Position numbers and translations under genes: made by a program
DNA from: Selaginella moellendorffii
Lineage: Eukaryota > Plantae > Lycopodiophyta
Length of the DNA: 64,000 nt
Assembly: GCF_000143415.4 (NCBI RefSeq)
Contig: NW_003314337.1
Coordinates: 78,559-142,558, forward strand
Direction: 5' to 3'
Shown here: positions 13,283-24,285 of the stretch, piece after piece
Layout of the letters: every line of letters begins with the position of its first letter
How positions within the stretch are numbered: position 1 is the stretch's first letter
The notes under the pieces: generated by a model
What the model was told of the DNA's origin: nothing
Seen by the model: the letters and a program-made list of their open reading frames with translations, nothing else
Database searches by the model: none

Positions 13283-13983
13283 GAGAACGCTCTTCACCCT
13301 AAAATATGGAGTTCGTTGTGTTATAAAAGGAAACCAACACACACGCTGCAAGGGAATGATGGTACATAAAGCACGTAAGCCCACAATATGGGTTTATGTG
13401 CCATTAATATGGGCCACACGCCATATTATTAGATTTATGCACGTGTGATTGGTAAATGCATATGTCACATCATCTTTGTTTTACTTCACACACTATATCA
13501 GGCCTAATGAACCATATCACATGTGCGCACATGCTATATATATGGAGAAGTATTATGCAAGGATAGAAAAATTCAATGCATGATTGTGGAGAGCAATGGC
13601 ATGAAGCCACATGCTAAATAACATTTTAGAGAAAGAATTAAAATAGAAACATGCAAACAATACTGAGTGGACCAAGACTTAGAAGTGCACAATTGAATGA
13701 GGTATTTCTAATAAATATTTCACTCACCTCATATAGGAATGGCTACCACTCTCAAATGGCGTATCGCCTCATGCCATCACCTCGCAATTTGTTATAACAA
13801 TCCGATGAATTCATATTCGGCTTGTTCAAGTAAGATTTGCTAGAACAACTAAGAATTTATACTTGTTATTTGTATCATCTCACCTAGGAATGGCGTAAGG
13901 CCACATGCCATCACGCCTCCTCTGATTCAGATTCAGATTGTTCACCTTGAAATAAAATACATTAGAAACTTAGTAAAGGAATA

Positions 13984-16437
13984 TTAATGAATCTCACCTT
14001 GAACCCGGGTTATGAATGCTCTTGCTGCATCTCTTGCATGGTCTGGCAAGGTGATGGTGGCACTCTGCTTCCGCATCCAACCATGCACAACATTATCCAC
14101 CGATATGCTCATGCTGGGATCCCTTGGATTCAGCACCCATCTCTTTTCTAGGCAATCCTTCGTATATTCGGAACTTGGCTTGAACCACTCCACAGTTACA
14201 TTGAAGGAGTTAGTTTCTGCGTCCTCCTCTGCATCAGTGATGCAGCACCCCACCCATATCATTTGTTTTTTATTACTGGGTTTGACAAGCACGACCATTC
14301 CTTTGCAGACCTGTACTGGATTGAATGCTGAATCCGGCTTCTTGTTCCTCGGCCCACAATAGTGATCCTTAACATCGTTATCTGTTACTACATTTCCAGA
14401 GGACATTGTTCCACTACTATCTGGTGCTCTGGGTTCTGGCCAAAAGGACTCTTCCAATTCTTCATATACAACCGGCCCATTTTGGATAGCAGATATAATC
14501 TTCTCCTAGTATTCGAGCAAAGGCTTGCACCTCTTAAAATAGAATTCTCCATCAAACACCAACCCCCTCTTCCAGAAGGCAATATGCTGTCTAATCCCGG
14601 CCACTATACTTTCCTGGTCTTTGAGTCCATCCGGGTGCATCGGCCGTGGGGAACCCTGAGGAATCATAGGTTCCCCAGTTATGGGATCTCTCTTGAAGAG
14701 TTCAATGCCATCCACTGGCAGCCATACTGTGTCCCATTCTCTCATCTTGTACCTCATCACTGGAACACCGTCACGCATGCTGAAATGAAACTGAAGAGGC
14801 TTGGAGTGGCCAATCAGTGTTTCGGATCCATCCCTGATGTAGCCTCTTACAAACCCCTTAAAGTCTGGAACCTCTGTCACAAGTGCAGCTTCAACAGTGC
14901 CTTTGATGCAATTTTGGAATTCATCGTAGAGTTGTGGGAGGGTGAGGACATTGGATCGCCGGAGGGACTCTGCCAGGTGACTGAACATGGCATCGACGTC
15001 TTCATGAGTGTGCCCAACCATGAGAAAGCCAAGTGTAACTGTTTCAAATATGCCTTTGGCAACAAGCATCGCCAAGTACGCAAAGACGTACATGTTTTTG
15101 TTCTCACTGCCAGCATTGTCTGTTTGGAGCAGAAGATGGGGTGGAAGGCCACATCGGCCGCAAGAAGTTCCTTGAGATTCTGCTTCGTTTGGATGAGGCT
15201 GTGCATTCACCGGGCGACCAGCCTCGTCGGAATGGCATGAGGCCTCACGTGATAACCCTACAATCTGACGGCCAACATATTCACGATACTGCAAGCCTTT
15301 GCTCCTCCTCCAGCTGAACCTTGTATGGGGTTCGATCGACAAGGGCCTTATGCAAGGGTTGGCCGTTCAGCTCAGTCTGCGCACTTTGTAGAGACCTTAA
15401 GTGTTTTGCTAGGACGCAATCATCATGTTTGCACCCCCGCCACCCCATAGAGGTACAAAGAAGTTCCCATAGTTCTGGGCACCATGCTCATGAGCGATTA
15501 TGCCAAACAGAGACACAGGCAGCTGCATGGATGAAGAGATTGCCTTGGGGGCAGGATTGAGTCGAGGTAAGCACGTCTTTTTCTGGTCCATTTTGTCGTG
15601 GATGATGCAGAGGTAAGAGTCAGGTCTCTCCATGGAGAGAATCCTGTTATGATAATATGCAGTCCTGCAGCTTCTCTGCTCGATGTTGTGGTCGAGCCGC
15701 CTTCTAACCCTGTGAGTACCGTCGTTTCCATGGACTGCCTGTTGAACCCTTTGTTCCTCAAACTCAGTTTTGATTTTGTAGAATGTGGTTCGAGGGACTC
15801 TATAAATGATTCTCCATGCCTTCATGCAGACCAAACCCCTCTGGAAGACCATGCCCCCCACCTGATGTTTTGAAGCATCAACAGATGACTGTAATGCCTC
15901 ATACACAAAATTGCGAGCTGCCTTCCAGGACAATGTCTTGTATCTTGCTCTCTCCTCTTCAATAGCATCCCAATCAGCATGTTGACAGCACCTCCTCTTG
16001 CAACAAGCAACTGTCGAGACCATTCAAACCTCCATCGCCATTTTCTGCCTTTTCGGTTCGTTGCTCAGATCCCTTTGGCTGCGCTTTAGGAAGGTGTACT
16101 TTCTTTTCCCATGAAGAGATGTTCTGTCATCAGTTGTAGTGGTGTTTGATTGTGAATCTTTCACATTCTCAAACACTAAGTGCCTCAATTTCCACCGCAC
16201 AATGCTTCCAATAGGCAGACTGTTTTCTTTTGTGTCAACAACCTCTAAAATCGCAACTCCAATATCATCCCAGCCCAATTCTTGATTAGAAACCACATCT
16301 CTTGGATCGACAACTGTGGCTAAGCCCTCAGCTACCACCTCCCCCTCGGGGTTGTTTAGAAACACCTTTGCCTGAATCCATGTAGCATGGTTCTTAAGAT
16401 CTACAGAGGGAACATGCATCGCACTTGTGGAGGCCAT
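13984..16437 (-). pseudogene. DDD transposase, Sola1/DUF7869-like, with N-terminal Tnp1/EnSpm-C-like beta domain and C-terminal Tudor/SH3-like domain; disrupted
   Basis: Motifs CCKRRCC, VCMKAWRIIYRVPRTTFY, IIHDKMDQKKTCLPR (D1), LLLQTDNAGSENKN (D2) and FLMVGHTHEDVDAMFS (D3). In-frame stops at 16024-16026 and 14506-14508, frameshift(s) at ~15410-15290, and a probable internal deletion near 15705. A splice acceptor lies just upstream of ATG 16437. Confidence 0.85.
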
Positions 16438-16798
16438 TCTGAAAGTGCAGAAAAGAAGTTAAGACCATACAAAAAATGATTGGAGAATGGCCTAAATCAT
16501 AACATACCAAACAACCTCAATAGCATGAGGCCACATGCCATTAGTCAAACATGCTATTGACACCCACGTGAAATTTCACATTCACAAAATTGGCATGAGG
16601 CCTCATGCCATCTTGATATACACACAGCTGCAGGCAAGTAAAAACATACATGACAATACGCTAGCCATGAAATTGAAAGGGCCCAAGATGGCATGTGGCC
16701 TCATGCCATTTCTAAATGTGGTCCTAAGCCATTCCATGGTGAACATACCAGGAAGCACAAGTGCCAAATATCAAGAGGAAGCGGTAGCCACACCAAAG

Positions 16799-16940
16799 AT
16801 AGTGCCGCTTGCAACACCGCAACTACTCGTAGCGCCGTTCGCAACACTGCAACTGCTCGTAGCGCCGCTCGCACAAACTGCCACTCGCATAAACTGCTGC
16901 TCGCAATGGCGCTCGCAATGCCGCAACCGCTCGTAGACGC
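16799..16940. repeat. CpG-rich ~30-bp tandem repeat between the divergent genes
   Basis: Units like gtagcgccgttcgcaacactgcaactgctc at 16799, 16829 and 16859. Confidence 0.75.
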
Positions 16941-17058
16941 ATAAACCACAGCTCACAACGCCGCTTACACAAGCAGCGCTCACTGCGCTCAGCGGAACCA
17001 AGAACACGGCGCACAAAAATGATAGACCTAGGAATGAGTTCGAGAATTCAAAAATAAC

Positions 17059-19202
17059 ACACGCTTGAACGTCACATCAAATCCTCTGACAAACCAAATC
17101 TTATGATTCCTCTGACAAATTTCAAACTGAGTAGCTTCTAGACTTTGCTGTCGGAGGTTGAACTTTGTCACACCATGTCTTTGCCTCGATCCAGCTGTGC
17201 CATGTCAGTGATTCGAACTTTGCCATGCCATGTCAGCGATCCGCGCCAAGATTATTCGCCGTGTAAAGGAATAATTATGCTATGTGTGTACGTCCATTTA
17301 TGGCAATATAAGGCCACATGCCATTCAAAGAATAATGCTAGTCGAGCATTTTTTGGTGCATTTTTGGGTTCAAAATTGCATGAGCCCACACGCTATAAAG
17401 TTTACCTGTACCAAAAATAGAAACAGCTTTATTTACTTGGGAATTTAAGTGGTTGAGGTATTTTTAAACTTACAAACAGATGCCCTACTTACATTCCTTT
17501 GGTTGCTTAAAATTCAAAAATATTATAAACCTTTTTTTTTGCATTTTCAATGTTTTCAATTATGGTTTTTGATTTTCGCAGGACCAGCTTAGTAATCTAT
17601 TTGCATCCCGTCATGTTTATAGCTAGCTTTCGTTTGTCCCCTTTGCTAGCTTGAGATACATTTGCTTGGCATCTGCCTCTTACAGCATTTGCCCAGAAAG
17701 GGCATCTTTCTTCACGCAGCATTTGCCACATGTTTAGGGTTTAGGGTTTAGCAATTCAGTAGCTTGATAAACATGCAAATACAGAACTTGATGCAAAATC
17801 CTTTGATATGTCACAATGCCCCTAGGACCATAAACACATTTCAATAGAGAGGGTCCTTTCATTTCATAACTCCTTACGTAGATCTGGGTGAAACCAGAGT
17901 TAGTGAAGTTGGTTTCTTGTGATCCCACATCTGATTGTGATGTCCCTTTGCAGTGTCGATGGAAAGGTCAATGCACACCAAACTGTAAAATCTTGGAGCA
18001 AAATAACAGTCGGATCTATGGCAAATGCCCCTGAAACATTGTAAGGCTCGTGTGGTTTCATGTGGTGTCCGATCGAGATGCTTCTTTGCAAGGTCATCAA
18101 GAAAGACATTGTATACCATTCTGTAAAATCTAGTTGCAATCTAACGGTTGGATCTCCAGAAAACTCAAAAAAATCTCTCGCGTGTCAAAATATTCTAGGA
18201 ATATACTCCTATGTGCCTCTGAAAATGGCATGCGGCCCCATGCCATTCAAGAGATAACGCCAGATGACGCCGAGCATTTTTTGGTGCATTTTTTGGGATC
18301 AAAATTGCATGAGCCCACACGCTTGAACGTCACATGAAATCCTCTGACAAACCAGATCTTATAATTCCTCTGACAAATTTCAAACTGAGTAGCTTCTAGA
18401 CTTTGCTGTCGGACGTTGAACTTTGTCACATCATGTCCTTGCCTCGATCCAGCTGTGCCATGTCAGTGATTCGAACTTTGCCATGCCATGTCAGCGATCC
18501 GTGCCAAGATTATTCGCCGTGTAACTGCTCGGCATCTGCCTCTTATAGCATTTGCCCAGAAAGGGCATCTTTCTTCACGCAGCATTTGCCACATGTTTAG
18601 GGTTTAGGGTTTAGCAATTCAGTAGCTTGATAAACATGCAAATACAGAACTTGATGCAAAATCCTTTGATATGGCAGGACCATAAACACATTTCAATAGA
18701 GAGGGTCCTTTCATTTCATAACTCCTTACGTAGATCTTGGTGAAACCAGAGTTAGTGAAGTTGGTTTCTTATGATCCCGCATCTGATTGTGATGTCCCTT
18801 TGTATTGTCGATGGAAAGGTCAATGCACACCAAACTGTAAAATCTTGGAGCAAAATAACAGTCAGATCTATGGCAAATGCCCCTGAAAGATTGTAAGGCT
18901 CGTGTGGTCTCATGTGGTGTCCGATTGAGATGCTTCTTTGCAGGGTCATCAAGAAGGACATTGTATACCATTCTATAAAATCTAGTTGCGATCTAACGGT
19001 TGGATCTCCAGGAAACTCAAAACAATGTCGCGCGTGTCAGAATATTCTAGGAATATACTCCTATGTGCTCCTGAAAATGGCATGCGGCCCCACGCCATTC
19101 AAGAGATAACGCCAGATGATGCCGAGCATTTTTTGGTGCATTTTTTGGGATCAAAATTGCATGAGCCCACACGCTTGAACGTCACATCAAATCCTCTGAC
19201 AA
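17059..19202. repeat. Tandem duplication: unit 1 17059-18316, unit 2 18317-19167 (lacks ~17266-17661), start of unit 3 19168-19202
   Basis: acacgcttgaacgtcacat recurs at 17059, 18317 and 19168. Each full unit contains a palindrome and TTTAGGGTTTAGGGTTTAG (17733 and 18596). Confidence 0.9.
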
Positions 19203-19211
19203 TTTATTTAG

Positions 19212-22200
19212 CTGAACATCTGGCATTTTTGGAAATACAAGATGCTTTGGAATATCCAATCATGCATGGTATAAATATAGCGAGGGTATTAAATGATATC
19301 CCTGAACGCACAAATAGGAAAGTGTTGGACGATCAGAACATCCGGTTCTATGCCGTCTCCGGGCAGCATTCTAGCTTGGCGATGCAAGAGATAGTTGTGG
19401 ATATTATGGTGGGCGAGGAGGTGAAGAAAGTCTTCAAGACAAGAGTTGTCCGCCTGATAAAAGGCAACTCGCCCCTCCGATCTATCATATACATCTCCCA
19501 CGCGCAGAATGTCAAGCAAGAAACGTGCTACAAATCGGGTCTGCACGAGACATTGGCACGAACACGGAAGCTCTGGGTTCAACTGAAGAAGCCACAAAAA
19601 CCAGGACAAGGACGTGCACTAGCAACTAGTGCCTGGCAGGTAAGCCTCGTTGCATGTGGCATAGCATGTGGCCTCACGCCATTTCCATTGCAGGAATTCT
19701 CGAGTCTTCTCTCGAAAACACTGGGGGTCAATGACACACTCAGCATCCATAACATTCTACTCGCGACAAAAGCTGTTTTTGACAAATGGGTAGATGTGCT
19801 GAGGACGTACCATGATAGGGAGTTGCTAAACTCAATGGGTGTGGAGGACGGCCGGAAGCCCAATGATTTGAAGCTCAACACCTTGCGTTTCTCGTGGTCT
19901 CTAGACGACGACGACCTTCTGACAGTGGCTAATGCTCTTCTACGTGGTGAGGTAGTCTTCAACAAGACCAAAATGACTCCCGGCCATATTGTGACATACG
20001 AGGACTTGTGCACGACTCTGAGAGCTTGTGCGCTATTGAAGGATTGAATCTTCGAGCAAGTGGCCGTGGAGAGGGTGAGCATCGACACCACGCAAGAGAT
20101 GATGGAAGAGCTGGAGTTGTCAAATGAAGACATCGACGAGTACGTGAAGGGGGCCCCCAAGTTCATCGATCTGCTGCGGGATTCCACGAAACGTAAAGCT
20201 GAGAAGTTGGATCAGTATCCAAATTTCATTAAGAGGGATGTCGACCGCCGGCTTCAGAAACAGCTCGACCCCGCAGCAGAGGCCTATCGAGAACCTTACC
20301 GGGTATACGTGAATTCGGATGAGGATCAATGGTGAAGGAGCATCGTTTCCCGCGGAGATGAGCAGGTCAAGAACATCTTTTGTGTGATGGACTTCACAAA
20401 CGAGATCACTCATGCAGACGAAGTCAGCTCCATCATTGACTTAATGGTGGGACTTGCGGAGGTGGAATCTTCAGTCCACTATATGATCTACGACTCCGAA
20501 TCCTATCACAAGTTCTGGAAGGCCTTGAACGAGGTGAAGGCTCGGTTGAAAGGCAAGGAGATGCGGGAGATCCATGGGATAATGGCTAAGAAGAAGATAC
20601 CGACGAATGTCCGCATCTTCACACTCGCCCTTGTTATTGGTCCTGCAATAGAGTGGGACTGGAGTGACTTCCCAGCTTCGTTTGCCAAGGCCGATCGAAT
20701 TGATCTGAGGGAGGTCAATTTACCCGTGCCTGAGGAACTGAAGACGGCTATAGAGCTTTCGAATCCTGAGAAAGCTCCAGGTGCAGCATGGGAAATGCTC
20801 AGCTGGGTCTTCAACGCAATAGCGGGTGGGTCACTTGCTTCCGACTCCAAGGGCAAATGCGTTGTCGAGTACAACTGCGGTGGACTATTCTTTCGAGCCG
20901 CACTACTCAAGGGTGTCCCGTGTGTTGCGGTGACAAACTCCATTGAAGAGGTGACTTCAATGGAGCATATAATTATAGTTGCCAAAGAAAAACAGTATCT
21001 TCTCTGCGAACCTGGTGAGTACGCACTTTAAGTTTAAATGTTATCTCACAAGCTCTGTATGCAGGAGCATGGCCACCCCCAGATGCTGAAACGGCGTTAA
21101 CAGCTACTGTTGAAGATACCCATGTTGGGCCGAGCTCACAACCTGCACAAGGTAAGGTCACGTGAGGCCTCACGCCATTTTGATTATAGATCATTGTGAA
21201 TATTCAGACACGAGGACTGAAAAGCGCACTGGTGGCGCGTCGAAGAAGGACAAACACACAAGCAATAGGAAAAAAGGAGGTACAAATTATATTTGCAATG
21301 GCGTGTGGTCTCATGCCATTCCTTGCAGGAGACACTTCTTCAAAGGCAAAACAGGCAAGCACTAGCCAAGCTCAAACTGACAGTGGTCATAAAAAGCGAA
21401 AGCACGTTGGACAGTCGTCAGGATCAGAGGCGTTTGATTCAAAAAGGAAGAAGGGCAACGAAAAGATGATAGGTAATGCCTCGCGGTTATGGCGTGTGTG
21501 ATCATGCCATTCATTGCAGATCAAGGGCTGAGTGAAAGTAGCCAGTCACCACCTCCTGACTCAGATTCCTATGGCGGACTCCCCTTCCCCAATCTCAATG
21601 GAGAGGTACAATGGAGGAGGGATGCTTTTCAAGTCAGGGCCACGTTTTTCTCATCTCGTCGTCTTCAAAGGGTGCAAGAACGTGCAGAAACCATGTTAAG
21701 ACAGTCGGGTGAGGATACGGTCCTAGGTCACGCACTAAAACAGGCTATGGATGTCTTGTATTTTGAGATGGAGACTCGGCCAGATGATTTTCCCAAGATG
21801 GTCCTGGAAGAACAAGCCATCCAGCCTGAGCAGCCTATGGAAGAAATGCAGGAGGGGGATGAGGAGCCAGAGAAAGATAATGAGCAAGAAGAGCAGAAGG
21901 ACGAAGAGGAGGACAAAGAAGAGGAGGACGAAGAAGAGGAGGACGAAGAGGACTTGGATGGTCCTCACAATGGTGACGATCACAATAATGACGACAATGA
22001 TGATGACGACGATGGCCAGCCTGAGGTGGCCAAAGAGCAGCAGAGGAAGGTCATACAAGACAAACCATCAGGTAAATAATAGTACATCCATTCCTAACCT
22101 TTTACCATTTCTAACATTGTTCATGTAGGTCGCAGAGCAAATGGTAAGTAGAGATTATTCAGTTGAATTAAGATACAAACTCTAGCCTTTAGTGTCGAGG

Positions 22201-23845
22201 AAGGATAGTGCCAAGCAAGGGTCGAAACGTATGTCCAATCCTTTAGAATCAGCAATGCGCCCAAGTGATATCGGTCCTAGTTCCTCAATAGCAGTTGATG
22301 GTAAATACAGTATAGTCGATTCAATGTGCTAATGAGTTTGTTTTTAGTAGCCAATAGGGAGGATACCATCTCAATCGAAGGGAGATATTTGGACATGTAT
22401 ATAGATCCGCCAGTGGACTCTACTTGCCTGCAAGAGTCATCAGAGCTGGTGGAGGCTACTATCCATATCAACGCCAAGCAAGCTGACCATGCTCCACTTG
22501 ATGCTGCCCATACCACTGAGTCAATCTTGTCCACGTATCCAACTGACGGTGACCAGGCGCCATTGGACCCACATGAGGCCGCCCCAGCCGCCGAGCCGGT
22601 CGTATCCTCATTTCCAACGGACTCAACGTGTGCCCAATCATCTGACTACGCGCCATTGGAACCTCCCTACACCGCCCCTGCTGCCTGTTCGGTCATGTCC
22701 ACTTTGCCAACGGAGGCACCAGCTGAAATGGCGTGTGATCACACGCCATCAGAACCACCCCATGCCACTGTTGAGCCAGTTGTACCAGAGTCTACAGCTG
22801 AAATGGCATGTGCCCACACACCATCGGATGCGATTGACCCCACATTGCAGAGGAGAGTATTTCCGCCCTTCACGTTTCCTCGACCAAAACCCTCTCAACG
22901 ACCATCGGGAGCACCATTCGCTAATATTGTAGATGGTAAAATTGACTTGTACCATTTTTTATGCTGACGCATTTCATTTCAGAGTCACGGCGAAGGTACT
23001 GTATCGTTTTTGATCTGAACAGTGTCCTTTTCTCCCATGAGCGTGGCTCGTCCTCGAATGTCACTGCACCCTCCAAAGCCTGCGGTCGCAAGTTGGTCAA
23101 AAGAGACAGATTCACATTAATCACACGGGAGAAACTGCGGGATCTAATAATGACCATGCGACACTTAAAACAGAGGGCCGGGTTCAATTTGCAATTGGGA
23201 GTTTGGACATCCATGATGTGCCACAATGCATTAACGTTGTTATAGATGATGCACGATCAGATGTGAGTAATATTACCATTTGACTTTCTCCTAACGCAGG
23301 AGGATTGCTTGACTATGGTCCATGTGAGGGGTAGCAAGCCCATCTTCGTCAAGCCAGAGGCTGTAGTGATGAACCGGACTGCTAGGTCAAGTGAAATCCT
23401 CATCATCGATGACTCGCCGATTAAAACTGCAGCAAACACGCACACATATGCAGTGCACCCCATCTCTTGCAATATGGAAACTAGGAAGAAGAAACTGTAT
23501 GTTCTGGGGGACCTTGCAAAACGGCTTGGAGCGATGGTGATAGAGAACCGGCCAGTCCAGGAGGTGGCTACAGAATTCAACCAAATGGCAGATGGAACGG
23601 TATATCAGAAGCCATTTGATCGGACAGACACCAGTCATCATTTATGGCATGTATATTGTCTAGCTAAGCACTATCCGCATCTCCATAATCTGCTCAACCG
23701 GATGGGTTCTTCGACCACTGAACATGAGCGTGGACGTATTAGAGAAGAGATGGCATTACTATTGGGTTTAAATCCTGATAGCGTGGAGAGTGATGAAATT
23801 CCAAGATTATTGTATAGGTGTTGGAGGCAAAAAATAACAGTCTGA
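19212..23845 (+). pseudogene. Multidomain cargo gene: ParB/Srx-like domain, beta-class N4C/N6A DNA methyltransferase-like domain, acidic/disordered linker, FCP1/SCP-type HAD phosphatase domain
   Basis: Exons 19212-19639, 19694-21014, 21065-21151, 21208(or 21190)-21279, 21329-21472, 21520-22071, 22129-22143, 22193-22300, 22348-22935 and 22983-23845 splice in frame (~1390 codons, introns 47-57 nt). Motifs FYAVSGQHS, NPEKAP..VVEYNCGG..RAALLKGVPCVAV and IVFDLNSVL..VWTS..IIDDSPIK. In-frame stops at 20045, 20333 and 23243. The 5' exon(s) were not found. Confidence 0.7.
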
Positions 23846-24263
23846 GATGGCATGTATTTATTTAAAAATGTAACTTATTATGGCATGGGGTTCCATGCCA
23901 TTGTATTAATATTAAAAGACAATTCTTTGAGAGGATTTGCATTATACTAGAAGTGTTACAGCATGTTATTGGAAGTCTACGAAGTTGTTTTATTAATAAG
24001 GGGAAAGTAAAGATTGAATGGGGACTTGGGCTCCACCTAGACTCGGAGCAACTGAGCCAATATTAAAAGGATGGAAAGAAATTGGACGACGATGATAAGG
24101 AGAAGAGAGAGGTGAAGCAGTGGCAGGGGGAGGAGAAGTGATTGAGTAGACATTTCCTTGTTTAAAATAAAATGGCATGTGCCTCAATGCAGTTGAATTT
24201 TGTTATATTTATATACTATATAAAGGTTTGGAAACCTTATTTTACAAGTGGGATAATGACAAT

Positions 24264-24285
24264 TCCCACTTTAACGAAATAGAGC
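24264..24285 (-). repeat. Right TIR
   Basis: tcccactttaacgaaatagagc. Confidence 0.95.

Larger units (their letters stand above)
12592..24194. repeat. Dispersed 24-bp palindrome AATGGCRTGWGGCCWCAYGCCATT, about 22 copies
   Basis: Copies start at ~12592, 12907, 12996, 13403, 13595, 13755, 13889, 15231, 16519, 16589, 16687, 17302, 18224, 19076, 19660, 21156, 21297, 21488, 22727, 22802, 23879 and 24171. None seen outside the TIRs. Confidence 0.9.

Noticed and set aside
14362-15240. 292-aa plus-strand ORF, and similar antisense ORFs at 19579-20187 and 20506-20985
   Set aside because: These are antisense shadows of the transposase and cargo coding regions with no recognisable motifs.
17733-17751. 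Interstitial telomere
   Set aside because: Fewer than three TTTAGGG units, so at most a telo-box.
17874-18971. Duplicated 81-aa minus-strand ORFs in the tandem units
   Set aside because: Conservation is explained by recent duplication, and no domain or splice support was recognised.
12592-24194. CRISPR-like array interpretation of the palindromes
   Set aside because: Spacing is irregular (tens of bp to >1 kb), there are no uniform spacers or cas genes, and the context is eukaryotic.
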